Under the pieces are notes generated by a model that saw only the letters and a list, made by a program, of their open reading frames with translations, did not search any database and was not told where the DNA came from. Below are positions 13,001 to 26,700 of a stretch of 64,000 nt of DNA, one piece after another (position 1 is the first letter of the stretch; every line of letters starts with the position of its first letter). The DNA is taken from NCBI GenBank assembly GCA_040954595.2, contig CM082581.2, positions 3,588,699-3,652,698 on the forward strand, read 5' to 3'. This stretch comes from Balanoglossus misakiensis (taxonomy: Eukaryota; Animalia; Hemichordata). The position numbers and the translations under genes are program-made.

Positions 13001-15406
13001 GCAAAAAATAACACGGAAGTAAAAAGTTGTGTAAAAATAGTCATGAAAGAAAAATGTGTGATTTACATCAAGAACGCAAAAATTAATTGTTGCGTAACAG
13101 TTGCGTCTTTTGATATCGTGAAATTATTTCCTGTCATGAAAATTTCCTGTTTTACAGTATACATAACTTTATTTTCTTGAATTGATAAATTGATGATAGT
13201 GTTTCAAAAAAATCAAATCATTGTCTTTATTCCAAGAATGTTCATCTGATAGAGAATAGTTTCTTTGCCTGTTACTTTATAAATACAAATAACCCGAAGA
13301 TTCTATGAAGTTTCTGTTTGATGTCAGCTCTTCATTAGGTGGTTATCACAACAGAACCTGTCATAATATGGGCGTGGGCATAAGATAATGAATAAGTATA
13401 CTTGCAAAATGCAACTGAAGTCATAACACTGAAAATTCATTCACGTGATTCATCATTAGAGCTGTCGTTCGTAATACTTCATTTCCTAACTTTGTGTTTT
13501 CCTCTTTATGACTTTCTTACTTTTTTTTTTATCCCTGTTTGTATCCTATATTCCTCTTCATATTCTGAGTGGAGATTGATATCTTGATCTTGCAAGACTG
13601 ACAGAAGAACAGTGCTATTCCATATTTCTTCCCATCTCTTCCCAGTTGGTACTAACATGGTAGATGTGGATTTGATCTCTATTTATGTTTTCCCCTTTTT
13701 GTTTGCCATTCTCAGTGTGACTACGGTCCTCATTTTGATGATGCAAAACATCTTCTTAACAGTTATACTCATTATCCATTATCACTCTCATATTCACCTC
13801 TCTTGATAATCTTTTTAACTTTAATGAAAAAGAAACTAATTTTGGAGGCATAATCTCATTTCATAAAAATCCTGTATCATGTACATCTTTACTTAGCCAC
13901 CTTCCATTGTATTTTTCACGTAATCAAAAAACATACCATTCTTTAATCATGAGAAAGCCAACCCAACTGATACTTAAATCACATATGATATTAAATGCTT
14001 TACATCGACTACTTTCATTTTCCTGGATGGTTATAAATTTAATATAAATCCTTGCAGGTGAATTCTTGGTAAACATAAATTTGGCTGTGTGCACTTGTAA
14101 CTCTTTGTCGATTGGCAGCCATAATTTTCACAATCATTTCTCTTTTCACAATTCCATCTCTTCAAGCTGTCTTAAAGACCAAAGCATTTCTCTAATTGGT
14201 CTATCAGCAGAATGAAATTGTCACCTTAACTTTGATATGGACAGTATTTGCTGATTCTAACTAGTACATCAATCATTGTTATCATTCAGGACAACTGGAC
14301 TAGCCTATTGAACAAGATTTGTTTTAGTGCTGCCATTCAAGACCATCTGACACTAAAACATGACAACAAAGAAATGATGATTTGCCCATGCCTTTACCCC
14401 TATGTACATATGAAACCAAATATAAAATTTGAATGTTCTAGAATATGTCGAAGGAAGCCATGTGCACTTGGTGTAGTCACATGGGAAAAATAGCTCTGAA
14501 AAAAACCCCAGCCTTATTGAAGTTCTGCTTTTTTCAGTTTATAACTTTTTATTTTCCAAAACATGATAAAATTATGGTTATGACTAAGATATGTATAGAT
14601 GATGCAAATCTATTGAAAGATGTTATTATCAACTGGGAAGCGATCTCTTTTGATTAGTGCAGATTCTCTTCTAATTTGCATCTTGAGTTCCAGGTATGTT
14701 GAGGTTTACACCGGAGGCCATGAGGGCGCTGTTCATACCCACCCTTCATCACATCTGCGGAGAGATTGAAGTGGTGCTTCAGAAGCCGGGTCTAGATCAC
14801 ATCAATTATCTCTTCCTGGTCGGTGGTTTTGCCGAATCGCCTCTCCTTCAGGACGAAGTCCGAAAGGCGTTCAACGACAATCTCCGAGTCATCATTCCAC
14901 AAGACGTCGGGCTGACCATCCTAAAAGGCGCGGTCCTCTACGGCCTGGATCCAAACGTCGTCCGAGTCCGCCGGTCACCATTAACCTATGGTGTGGGTGT
15001 CTTGAATAAGTTTGTACAGGGCAAGCACCCTGAAAACAAACTGATTGAAAAAGATGGGGTCAGTTGGTGCACCGACATATTCGATGAATTTGTCATTGCG
15101 GATCAGCCAATTGCAGTTGGGGAAACGGTAACCCGTAGTTACACCCCAGCTAAACCCAACCAAAAGTCCACTGTGATCAATATCTATTGCACGGATCGCC
15201 AACGAGCTGCATATATCACTGATGAGGGAGTCAAAAAATGTGGGACTCTACACATTGATATGTCTGATTCAACATACATGCAAATACCCAGACGTAGGGA
15301 AATTCAAATCAGTATGCAGTTTGGAGATACAGAAATCAAAGTGAGCGCCCTCGATGTTGTCACAGGGAAATGTGTCAAGGCAGGCGTCGATTTCTTGAGG
15401 AAGTAA
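10057..15406 (+). CDS. HSPA12: Heat shock 70 kDa protein 12A/12B-like (atypical Hsp70), 3' part; exons 10057-10278, 10935-11124, 11775-11968, 12680-12881, 14694-15406; N-terminal exons not found in the window
   Basis: All exons have AG/GT boundaries with matching phases (0,1,0,1). HSPA12-specific motifs: [103 protein letters not shown]. Stop TAA at 15404-15406. Confidence 0.93.
11427..11722 (+). mobile_element. Hairpin/ICR element family C (internally deleted copy), homologous to 28451-28905 in opposite orientation
   Basis: gggccatagcagccgtttattacccc ... ggggtaataaacggctgctatggccc stem flanked by GA/GA, then catgctaa pairing with terminal ttagcatg. Long near-identical blocks with the reverse complement of 28460-28900. 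Confidence 0.75.
12014..12307. mobile_element. MITE with CAGGTGCCTC..GAGGCACCTG TIRs; partial related copy near 49100-49180
   Basis: 10-bp perfect TIR, further complementary arms (aagtgcaagtcgtactt / aagtgcaactcgcactt), and internal atctgcgac repeats also seen near 49105-49165. Confidence 0.6.
12331..12508. mobile_element. pogo/Tigger-like MITE (TA|CAGT..ACTG|TA)
   Basis: ta|cagtaaaacctgtctaaaccgaac ... gttcggtttggacaggttgtactg|ta: 24-bp TIR with 2 mismatches. Confidence 0.75.
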
Positions 15407-18400
15407 AAAAAAAAAACCTCCTTTTCCCCTCCTGCTCCTCCTGCTCTCTGAAAAAAATGTGGTTTGATCTTATTGTATATGCTCTTGGTCAGACTACTGA
15501 TTTTGTTGAAAAGGGGATGTTCACATAATAGCTTCGAAACTGGAGTGTCATATTAAATAATTGTTAGCTGATATCTTTGTGATGAAGACTTGCAGCTTAT
15601 GAGAGTGCTGTCCGCATACTTTGTCTAGTTCTTCATACAAATGCGAGTAAAAAAAAATTGTAGAGTCAGATTTTGAAAGTGTGTTAAATTAAGGAGAATA
15701 ACTGTATTTTTAGTTTTGTGCATCAACTGTGGTTTCTTGTTCAACTCCATACAGTAGAACATAGCCTGTATGTATGTAACAGTGAATCCAAGCCTGGACT
15801 TCATTCAGTTTTCAACAATAACAATATTAACAGTGCAGATATAAACAGTGATTTGGTAAATACCGGCCATTGCATAATACTTCAGGGAGTTGAACAAGAA
15901 ACTGTAGAATACTCAGAATGAACGTTCCAAAAAAAAGAGACAAAAGTTACCACTAATGGTATCTGTAACTGTTAGCATTTAAAAAAAAGAAAACCAAATA
16001 GAGCCCACAGATTTCCTTGAAGGGGTTGTAATGCTACAGTAGACTAGTACATGTGTGTCAAGTGGTTTCATCCACTATCTACTGTTTGCTTCAATGTTTG
16101 AGATTCTGTTTTGAAAATTTCAATTTGCTTGTAAGTTTCAAAGTGTCTTCCAGCGAAGTTCTCTCTTTTGTTTGGTTTTAATGCACAACATGAAGTTTTG
16201 GAGGATTTTAAGATATAGTTTTAGTTATTTTAACAGATATTTGCCTTTATTGTCATTATATTTATAACAATGTCATGGTAATGAAAAAAACTAACTTTGA
16301 TGTAATCTTGGAGGAATACTTCATGAAAAAATGAAATACATAAAATGTTTGTAAATGTACAATAATTTTTCCCAGTATTTGCACTCATGGAAATTTTTAA
16401 TGAGGTCATTAACTACCAGTTTGCCAAATTCTTGCTATCAATAACTGAAATTTTGATAGTAATATGCAGAGTTTTAGTATACTTGTAAGTGTCTAGACAA
16501 TGTATGTAAGTTGTATTCATGTAGTCTGTATTTTACATTTTAAAATATCAACAGCCAGTATATTAGATGTTATATTTGAACTTTGTACTAAACTTTGAAT
16601 TTTTATTGCAAACCGTAAATTCACTGAAATTTTGATGCTCTTGAAGAGTAGTGCCATGGAGGGTTCTGTGAGAGCAGTTTTTGCAATAAAACAAAAGAAC
16701 AGTTTGATTTTTAACTGTGAGAGCGCTTAAAGCGGTAGTTGTAGAAGAAAATAGTAAAATGTTTACCTCTTTGTAAAAGAGTGATGTAGGGGGTTCATCA
16801 TATTCACGTATTATTAGTTCAGCCAAAATATTATTTAGTTTAGTATTTGTGTTAATATCGTTGGCCAGTTCAGTTAAATTCTGTCATTTATCAAAGATTA
16901 CTCAGATCAAGAAAACAAAGATTGCATGAAGATTTGCAGTAGGAAACTAGATGCTTGTCTGGACAGTATTGTAAGAGGAGTAAACTGCAATGAAAATTGA
17001 CCCTAGAAATGATTACTGGACCATTCCCAGGTGATTGAAATCAGTAGTTGGAAAGAGTTGGACCGACCCAAATGTGCATCGTAGCCACTTGCATGTATTT
17101 TCCCTGTGCCAGATAGGATTTGATTGTCTGCGCTGGTATAGAGAAAAGTTGTGCCAAAATGGTGCTTTGAATTGCTAAGTGGCAGATCAACACTGGTACA
17201 GATTTGAGATTAGAATTTAGCGTGTGACTCAGCTACATTTCCCAGCTTGCAAACCATTTCTCTCAACTTTATAGTGAATCTGACAGAAATGTGTAATTTT
17301 TATCTAAACAGGAGGTGAGCACAATGAAAGAAACAAGTTCTGTTTTCTTAATAAAATTAGTTGCCGTGAAACTTGTCTTTTCATTCAATTTTCTTCTTTT
17401 CCTAAACTCATTTTGCAGAATTTTCAACTGGGAAGAAAAGTTTTCAAAATCCCATTAAACTTGAAGCATTTTTATGGTATTTTCTGCATGGGCATAATAC
17501 GATGGAAATCCTTGTAATACAACTGTTTTATCAAATGAATTGCGGTTTCAATTGGTCTTTCAGTGTCAATGGATATTTGCAATGACAGTGTTCTTTTGTA
17601 GAAGTTATTTCTGTAAATTCATATCATGAGATGAATATTCATTTTCCCTGTAATCATTTTGTTGGGATTTCTACTCAATGTGTATCTTCAGAAGATTTCA
17701 GAGAGCATCTGTTTTTGAGTGAAAGATTTTGCAACATTGGAAAATTCTTCCATATGCTGTCCTGCCTTGTAGTATCAAAGCACTGTTGTGTTGGACAGGA
17801 AAAACAGACAAAGAACAAACACATCTATATGTATCTGATACTCATTGGCACTCTAGTGTATGTTTTCTTGTTTTGCTTTTATTTGCGTTTCGAGCATTGT
17901 CAACTGACTTGGATCAATATACACAAGTCTTGAGAAACCAGTAAATAACCAAGTCACCTTTGATTCAGTTATTTTTCTTATAAATATTAATCAGTTAAAA
18001 TATTGTATATTACTGTAGAATGGAGAAGTTTAGTCATAGTGTATTCAACTTTGTGTAATTTCAAACTAGGAAACAACTGCCAGTCTTTATTGTACAATCT
18101 TGTAGGAAGCCATTGTGGACCATGTCAATCAATTGCACGTAACACATCCTGTGTACAATTCAAGTTTCTGGTCACTGAAATTTCGTAACAGCTCTGTGGC
18201 AAATGTGAAAAGGGAAACAATTTATGTAAATTGTGCAATACCTGATAATACTACGAATTGTGAGATTTATGAATCCATCAGAAATGACTTTAAAAAGGTT
18301 TCGGGTAATGTCGTACCAGTTGGATGGAAAGCATGTGTGGAATCCCATAAGTGCGCTAGTTTTGGAATTACAAAATGTATCTGAAGAGTTTTACATTTAT

Positions 18401-18911
18401 GGTTTATGCAAGTGCACCAGGCAGATTATGGTCTACTTGTGGTATTCTTTAGACAATTGTCATTGTCTGGTAAACTGCCAGTAGACCAACTCTCTGTACG
18501 AAGAATCTATGAAAACTATCATACGATGTGGAAGTGAGTTGATATGGATCAGGCTAAATGGTGAAGGCTATGTCACACCTATATGCTAAAAAAAGTTTAT
18601 ATAATTGTATTCACTCAGTAGATGGACAATTAACAAAACACAGCCAGACTGTAAGTTGCATCATTTTAATATTTTAAATTTTGCATTTTTCTATTGCATT
18701 TGCCGACTTCTTTGTCTGAAGGCAATTTTCATAGCGTATTTTGACATTTTTGTAGAGGTGTTAAGTTATGTTTTCACTTGTACTTTCATTTTTCTGGACT
18801 TTGCTCATGCATTCATGTTTCTCAATGTGTCACACTCACGCAAACATGAAAGAAACTTGATTTGCAACAAAAATAACATTTGCATCACATGCATACACAC
18901 AGCTGCTATTC

Positions 18912-18917
18912 AATAAA
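18912..18917 (+). promoter_or_regulatory. Candidate polyadenylation signal of HSPA12-like gene (would give a 3' UTR of about 3.5 kb)
   Basis: AATAAA followed about 25 nt later by a GU/U-rich stretch (ttgtttattgtc), just before the 3' end of the convergent helicase gene. Other AATAAA hexamers occur earlier, so the choice is uncertain. Confidence 0.35.
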
Positions 18918-19394
18918 ATCCACAATGTAGTTACTAGACACCTTGTTTATTGTCATTCTTGGAATCATGTAGATTGAAATGTACACACCTCATACACTGT
19001 TCTTTGAGTGAAAGGAAAGAAATCTTGTGAAATCTTGCATTCATCTGAGAGTTCGTATATTCAGGGAAATTGTCGTTCGGAGCAAAAAAACCGCTTCACA
19101 GCTGTTATGTCGGGCAGTCTGAAATACAGTGTTAGTATTTGCATGGAGTTCTATGGTATATGAATGGTATAAGTAAGCGGAAGTCCTATGAATGAGCTTG
19201 TGTAACTATTGTCTGAGTAATGCATCCCAGTTACAGATGATTTGCGGAGAAGAGGCCAACAGGTGCTTCCCGAAGAATTCTCCCGTGGAGCTTTAAGGAA
19301 TGGCCGAGTCTATAGACACCCAGGTGGCAATAGACACTCCGTAAAAGAATAGTTCAAGAAAAGTTCGACGACACCAGGACATTATATTATGTAA

Positions 19395-22300
19395 CTACGG
19401 TGAGAATTGCTCTTCTTGGTACAAACATCCTTTCGCTGCATAATCTTCGATCAGGCTGTTCAAGATCTTGTCAGTCCTGAGCAGTTTCTCGTTGCCTGTA
19501 AAACGAATTTCCACACATTGTGAACCATTAGCACGAGGAAATAAAAGGCATTTTGAAATATATGTTTGAGTGACTTGAAAGATGTTTACATGGCACATAT
19601 GCTTGTACCGGTAGTCAATGGTGATCAAATCCCTGCAGGTATGTAAAATGCATACGCGAAACGGCATATGCTATCCCTATTGGCTGAATTAGTATGGAGC
19701 ATAATTGAACACAGTAAAACATTTCCCAATAATATGTATTCATATTGAAAATCTACATACCTTCTAACACACAAATTTAATAGCTAGTGGAGAAAACCTG
19801 TTCAAGTTAATTTCAGGCTTACCGATTATTATGAGACCTTTCCTAGCTCTAGTGAGGGCGACATTAATTTGGTGCTCGTCACGTATAAATCCCAAGTTCC
19901 TCTTCAGCCAACTTGTGTTGGGTTTCTCTTCAATTTCAACCAGAGGTAATGACCTTACAGTGGACAGCACTATATAGTCTTTTTCACTTCCTGTGACAGA
20001 AGAGAAGGTGTCAAAGCTCAGTGGTTTTAATTTTAGGCTGGTGTGAACCTTTCCTTTAAAGGTATACGGTCACCTGTTGAAAATTAGCTATAGTTACCAT
20101 GACAAATTGAGATCTAGCCAATCACAGATTTTCAGTAGGTAGCACACGCGAAAAAAGAACGCTCCATTTGTTCTTTAGAACGCTCAAATACAATTTCAGC
20201 CATATATGGGCGTATGTTAATTGGACTGGGGGGTGACTGTATACATGTACCTTTAAAGTGGGGGTATACCCTTGAACTGTACAGCCATGACAGTTTATAG
20301 CCCTTTATGTAGATTTTCGAGAAAAAGGTAAATATTGCTATCTATTCACAAACGGTGCTGAACGAGCAGCTTTATTCAATTGTATAAAGGAAACAATATT
20401 TCATGATGTTTGATTTTCTGTAGAGCTCTTTGATTGTCTACCATAGCAAATCTTTAGGGCCTATAGGAATTGCAAACAAGTGTGTACGTATCCTTAGTCA
20501 AATATACAATGTACATGGGACTGTCCATGCTATCACATACCTTGAAAGCCAATGACACTGTTGACCTGAACATCCTGCAATCCGGCTTGCTTCAGTTTGG
20601 TCTCCAAATCCGACAGCTGGGATCGGTACTGGGACAAGACCTGGATGCGGGATTCGCGGATATTACGGTGTTTCACCATACCCATTACTATTCTCACCTA
20701 CAAGTGAAATGAGTCGATATTAAGAGGATGTTTTACTATCAAGCAGGTGATTCGACTATTATGGCAACTAAAGACTAAATCATGCAAATTTGACTTTAAG
20801 TCTGTCATTTACCAAGGTGTTTATTAGGGGCACAAGCCTATCGGGCTTGTGCCCCTATTGGTATTGTTGGAATATTTCTTCTTTATTATTCTTCTTCTTC
20901 CGAGAAAATCGGCCAGGTAGATCTGGAAAACCGCAGCACCTAGGGTGCTGAAACTTGGTAGGGTGATAGGGGCCAATGAGTAGACGTGCAGGGGCTCGTG
21001 AATATTTAATTAGTCACGTGACCTGGCGGCCATATTGGATTTCCTGAAAATCGTTAAACGAGTCCTTCTCAAAAACTGCTGGGCCGATCGAGTTCAAATT
21101 TGGTGTGCAGGTAGCCTACCTTCTGTCCATCAGTTTACCCCATTGAAATCATGACGTCACACATAAAGTTTTTTTGCTACAATTGTTTTTCTGAAAAACT
21201 ACTTAAAACTTTAAAAATCTTCTTCTCCTGAACCAGCGATTGCCGAGTCACGGGATTCGGGGTATGTGGTCACCTAACCTATGTCTATCAAGTTTGCGAA
21301 GCGCACTGTGATTGGTCGATCATTATGGCGGCCATGTTGGATTATCGGAAAACCATTGAAAAATGAAAATTCCGTTTTGTAGCCAAAATGTTGACAGCAC
21401 GGAAATTCTTTTTTTGGATATGAGTCATCATATGACCGGAAGTTGTCACAATTTTTCGGGGCAATTTTCACATGACCTTTGACCTAGTTTTAAAACAACT
21501 AATTATATATGCATATTCCCCATACCTCCTCTTGTCAAAGCACCACAGTCATGAATTTTGTGGACATGGGTACCAATGCTGCCAGGACATGACACAAATA
21601 TTTTGGTAATTTTGGCAATGACCCTTGACCTATTTCTGAAACCGCTTGTGCCCCGCCAACGCTGCTTGCAGCTTTAATTACTTAATATTTTCGTTATTAT
21701 AATACGATTAAAACAAACCCACCACTTCCTCACTCTCTCTGACATTCTTCTTTGATTGTTCGTTGCCTTCCTCCGTCGTTACTTGCAAGGTTTCTTCGAC
21801 GCCGACGACATTGCAGAACAACATCGGGTAGATTTGACCGTCGCCGTTTCGTGGCCACATGCTGTCAACCTTCGGTTCCGACTTCCTCTTTTTAACCTCT
21901 TCGGCTGTTTTAAGCCTTCCTTCATAGAATTGGTTGCTCGGAAACTCACATAGTTTCTCATGCTGACAAGGAGATTCAAAAGTAAAATGACATTAGTGAA
22001 CAGGTATAATATACAGTATATATACAGATCAAAATAAATCAATATAAATTCACTTAAATCGTATTTGTAATTACCATTCTGTATTGTATGACCAGTTGTT
22101 CATACTTGTTGTGTCTGCAACATCTCTCAAAAAGAGAGATTGCTAGACCCCTCTGCTTCGACTGCTCGTGTGTTACGATGGCTTGGAGTTGGAGATGGTC
22201 GCCAATTAATACAACTTTCTTCAGTTTGGCAGACTTAAACGGTGTTAATGTCTCAGGCTCCGTACACATGCCTGCCTCGTCGACAATACACTGCTCTATG

Positions 22301-23628
22301 TCCAGTGTCCGGATTCGCTCACTGGCCGCCTCAGAACAGGTGCACACGATGACGTCACATTTGGTCAATTCTGCCTTCTGGAGCTTCTCTTCGAGATCTC
22401 GGTACTCTTTATAAACACTTTTAGACACGACGTACTTTTTCTTTCTTTTGCGATATTCGTGAGTCTTATCTCGGAACATTTTGTCTAACCTGCACAGATT
22501 TCGACTCATGTCATTTTTGGGCTGGTTTCTGATCACGTGGTGAAGAGCTATGTCGTCATGGTGACGTGCGCTTTCTGAGTGATCGGACCCGCTGTGTCTT
22601 TCCGATGTGCATGTAGACCATCCTGGAACTGGATAGTCTTTGCCCTCGATGCTTTTGCTGTACATACGTATTACTTTAAGATCAAATTTCTTAAGGTACC
22701 CTGTAAGTTAATAAGTATGATGGGCATCCAATTATTATGTAATAATTATGTAATTGACGCTTCAACCAATCAAGTTTTCCACATCGTTTGGATATGTTCG
22801 TTACCCAGGAAAAGTCAATTGTCAATTTGCATATCATTCCAAGGGCTTGAGTTTGGATTTGCGACAGCAGAGACAGAGGGACTAAATCTAGAACACAGTT
22901 TTTTGTATCATCTTCCACAGCAAAATCACATATAAACGGAGAGAGTGTGATGCAGTGAATCCTTGCAGCAATGGTCATGAGTATATAAAAGGTGTGCAAA
23001 TCCCCAGTGAATGGGGGACGTACCTGAAAAAACGTCAGCGGCCTTATTGGACGGAGCACAAACTAAAACCTTCTTCCCACCAATGAAACTCTTCTTTCGG
23101 TTGTTCATCAAAACAAATGCAGAAGCAATGTATGCCGCAACGTTTGATTTTCCGGTGCCTTGTAATGCAAATAAAATAACTAAGGAATTCTCACATTGAA
23201 ACGTCTTGTGTGTGGTCGCTTTGATAGATACAAGTGGTAAGTTCGGAAACTCACCAACGAATGGGACACAATTTCCGTCCACAATATTTCACTTTGTTTG
23301 AAACTTTTGCTCAATGTCATGTTGTTTGAAATGCCAGTGCAACTTTTTCAAACTGTTTGGGTTCGTACAGAAGACGTGTTTGACTTTTTCTTTCCCTACC
23401 TGGAGGGCCCTGTATTAGCGTCCATCGCTGTTGCAGAGCAACTTTCACAACACGTTTTTGCTCTTTATTCCACCATGGTAGTTTTTTAAGCTCCCCCTTC
23501 TTCCAAAGACTTCCTTCTTCCTTCGTCCATTTTTCTTCCATTTCAGCGAGAAGAGCATCTGTCTCTTTACTGATCTTAGCCTGTACAGGATCTGAAAAAA
23601 ACAAACGTATTCATTAGCCTTTGAAACC

Positions 23629-23726
<98 letters not shown>

Positions 23727-26700
23727 CAAATGTAAGGCTCGGCTTTATGTTATGTCATACCTGCATCGCGTGAAATCGGTTTCCCCATCAGTATATTCTG
23801 TATAAATCCAGGTGTTTCGTCAATTTGCCGTACTGCATCTTCACACCTCCTATTACATAACATAGCATACAAACAAAATATAAATGTCTGTGCATTCATT
23901 ATTTACTGCACGTATAGATAACGCTTTTTTCTATGCGCAAAGGTAAGCATGTCCGATCTTGATTTACATTAAATAGTTCATCGACATACAGAGATGATGA
24001 AGGCATCTGTCACATAAATGATATTTATAGTTAGAAGAAAGTTCGTTAATCATAGTTAAAAATAATATCGATACTCTCGTCAAATATAATTTCCTTGGGC
24101 ACGCAGATATACATACCTTTCTGGAATCGGCTTGCGAATTATTTCAACACACCAGTGCAGATTGTCGCTGTTTTGACCCGCTTCTCGTAATAAACGTAAA
24201 AGATGAAATTCATTCTGTTTAAGTTTCAGATGAACCCTGACCATATCTTCACTGAAATGCTTGACTTCTTCTATCTTTGTGATCACGCAGTGACCAAACC
24301 AGGAGAAGGATTCTTCGATAAGCGACTGGGATGCCGGATTGCCTCTACCGCGGACCTTCTCTCGCCGAACGTTGTGAAACTGGACGCACAGGTAGTCATC
24401 ATCGGTCAGATCATGCTTCTGGTAAAATCGGATGCTTCTCTCCTTACAGAAACTCTTCCTGAGGGTGAGGACACCAGTGAAGACGTCATGCGAATGCGAC
24501 CACTTTATGCGCACGTTGTTGATGAAGGTGTTGGTATACTGGCGGATGGCGTCGGCCGCCGATGACATGGACAACACGTCCGACATCGTTTTCTTGTAAT
24601 CCATCATATTTCTGTCCTGGAGGTCAGGAATGTCCACTTCAGAGTATGCCGAGAAGCAGCCCACAGGATCGCGCCTGTGCTCGAGGCAGATACAACATCC
24701 TGGGTCCAAGAAGAGCGCAGTGATAAATGGGCTTATGAGACCTCGGACCATTCGCGACCCAAGCTGAACTTGTAGAACATCACCTGGTCGAAATTCGCGC
24801 GACATATGACCTTCTCTCTCAATTGCAGAACTTGTTTTCTCACTTGGTCCAGTTCCATCGAAGCCACCGGTGGTCGACTTGATTTTATAAAGGCAAGGTT
24901 TGATTTCGGCGTCATTGTTTTCTGCACAGGCATCGATAAGGCGTCGCCAATCGTGGTATTTTATTTCCACAACGTGCTTTTCTTCTCCAGCTGACTTAAT
25001 ATCGTTGCTGTCATGACACCTCGCTTGCGTTTCGTGGGTATTCGTACCTCGGGTGGGCCTTCACTGCCTAGGACGGTGACGACTGGGTTAGTCTTTTGTT
25101 CGTAAACACCCTTCGCATAGGTGTTGGGTCTTGTTGCAAGTAAGTGCTGCAATTCTTCTTCTTTGTCGGTGTTTACACTGTTTCTGTTAATTCCAGTTAC
25201 CGATGTCTGAGAAGGTTCCTTGTCGCTGCGTGTGCCTTGAGAGTTACTTCCAGGTGTCGTACATGATGGTTCTGCGTTACCTGTTTCTTCTTTCTTCAAG
25301 TATGGAACGAGCTTCACGTGGGAAAATTGAGCATTTTTCTCCAGGCCATCTTCCGATATTACTGCAAGAAGAATGCATCGGAATATTTAAATGATTGTAT
25401 GTGATCCACATATCCAAACCTATCTCATACACTGGACGCTTGGGTCTAGTTTTTGTGTCCTTTAAAAACGTTTACGGTTTTCCGATCGGATTCCAAATTA
25501 CCGATTAATTATATACATGGATATTACCTATTTCATTGACTCCTGCAATCCTAATGATTGTTTCTTGCTGTTCTTCATCGGCTTCTTTGCCGTGATTTAT
25601 ACACGGAGGAAAAAGGTCTGAAAAAGGTGTCAGAGAATGGTTAAACTATTCAAACGTAGACATTGCATAATATATTAAGAAGACAAACAGTAATAAAATA
25701 CATGTTAAAAACTGAAAACATCAAGATTTTCCGGTAAATACAAAAAAAAATATCAAATACTAGGTATGAGAGGTATACGTTTTCTCTGACGCAGCAAATG
25801 GTACATGGTATGGCGTATTCATTGACTTACCTTTCTTTTTTCTTTCTTTTGGCTCTTCCGGTGGCGGGGGCAAATTGTCGCATATTTTTCCATTTTCCGG
25901 TATTACTGCATAAAGTACGCATGTAGCAGTTTAGTTTCGAACAATGTATTAAAGAGTAGTTTGCGATTGATTTAACTTCAAAATAACGGACGTTCGCCCT
26001 CATCGTTCTCTTTGTTAATTGCTTCTGTCTTTAAGGGGAAATGCTCTTCAAATATTTAATGAAAAAGAAATAAACCATTAACAACAATCAATAACATTGA
26101 AAGACTCACTTATGTCAATTGGTTCGGTTGTTACTGCTTCAGGTTGAAGTTTTTGCTTCTTTTTATCTTTCCTTTGTTGCTTCTCACGTTTTTCCTGTAA
26201 AATTATAAGAAATATTCTCGATTAGGATTATTTGCGGTGGTTACTTGTGACATTCATCCATCCACTCACTCACTCAGTCACTCACTCAGTCACTCACTCA
26301 GTCACTCACTCACTCATTCACTCACCCACACACCCACCCACTCACTCAGTCACTCACTCACTCACTCACTCACTCACTCACTCACTCACTCACCCACACA
26401 CCCACCCACTCACTCACTCACTCAGTCAGTCAGTCAGTCACTCACTCACTCACTCACCCACCCACACACCCACCCACTCACTCACTCACTCACCCACTCA
26501 CTCAGTCACTCACTCACTCACTCACCCTCTCACTCACTCACCCACACACCCACCCACTCACTCACTCACTCACTCACTCACTCACTCACTCACTCACCCA
26601 CCCACTCACTCAGTCACTCACTCACTCACTCACTCACTCACTCACTCACTCACTCACTCACTCACTCACTCACTCACTCACTCACCCACACACCCACCCA

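Noticed and set aside
23445-23729. 94 aa ORF with NQSI repeats
   Set aside because: Translation of the (ATTG)n microsatellite overlapping a real exon in a different frame.
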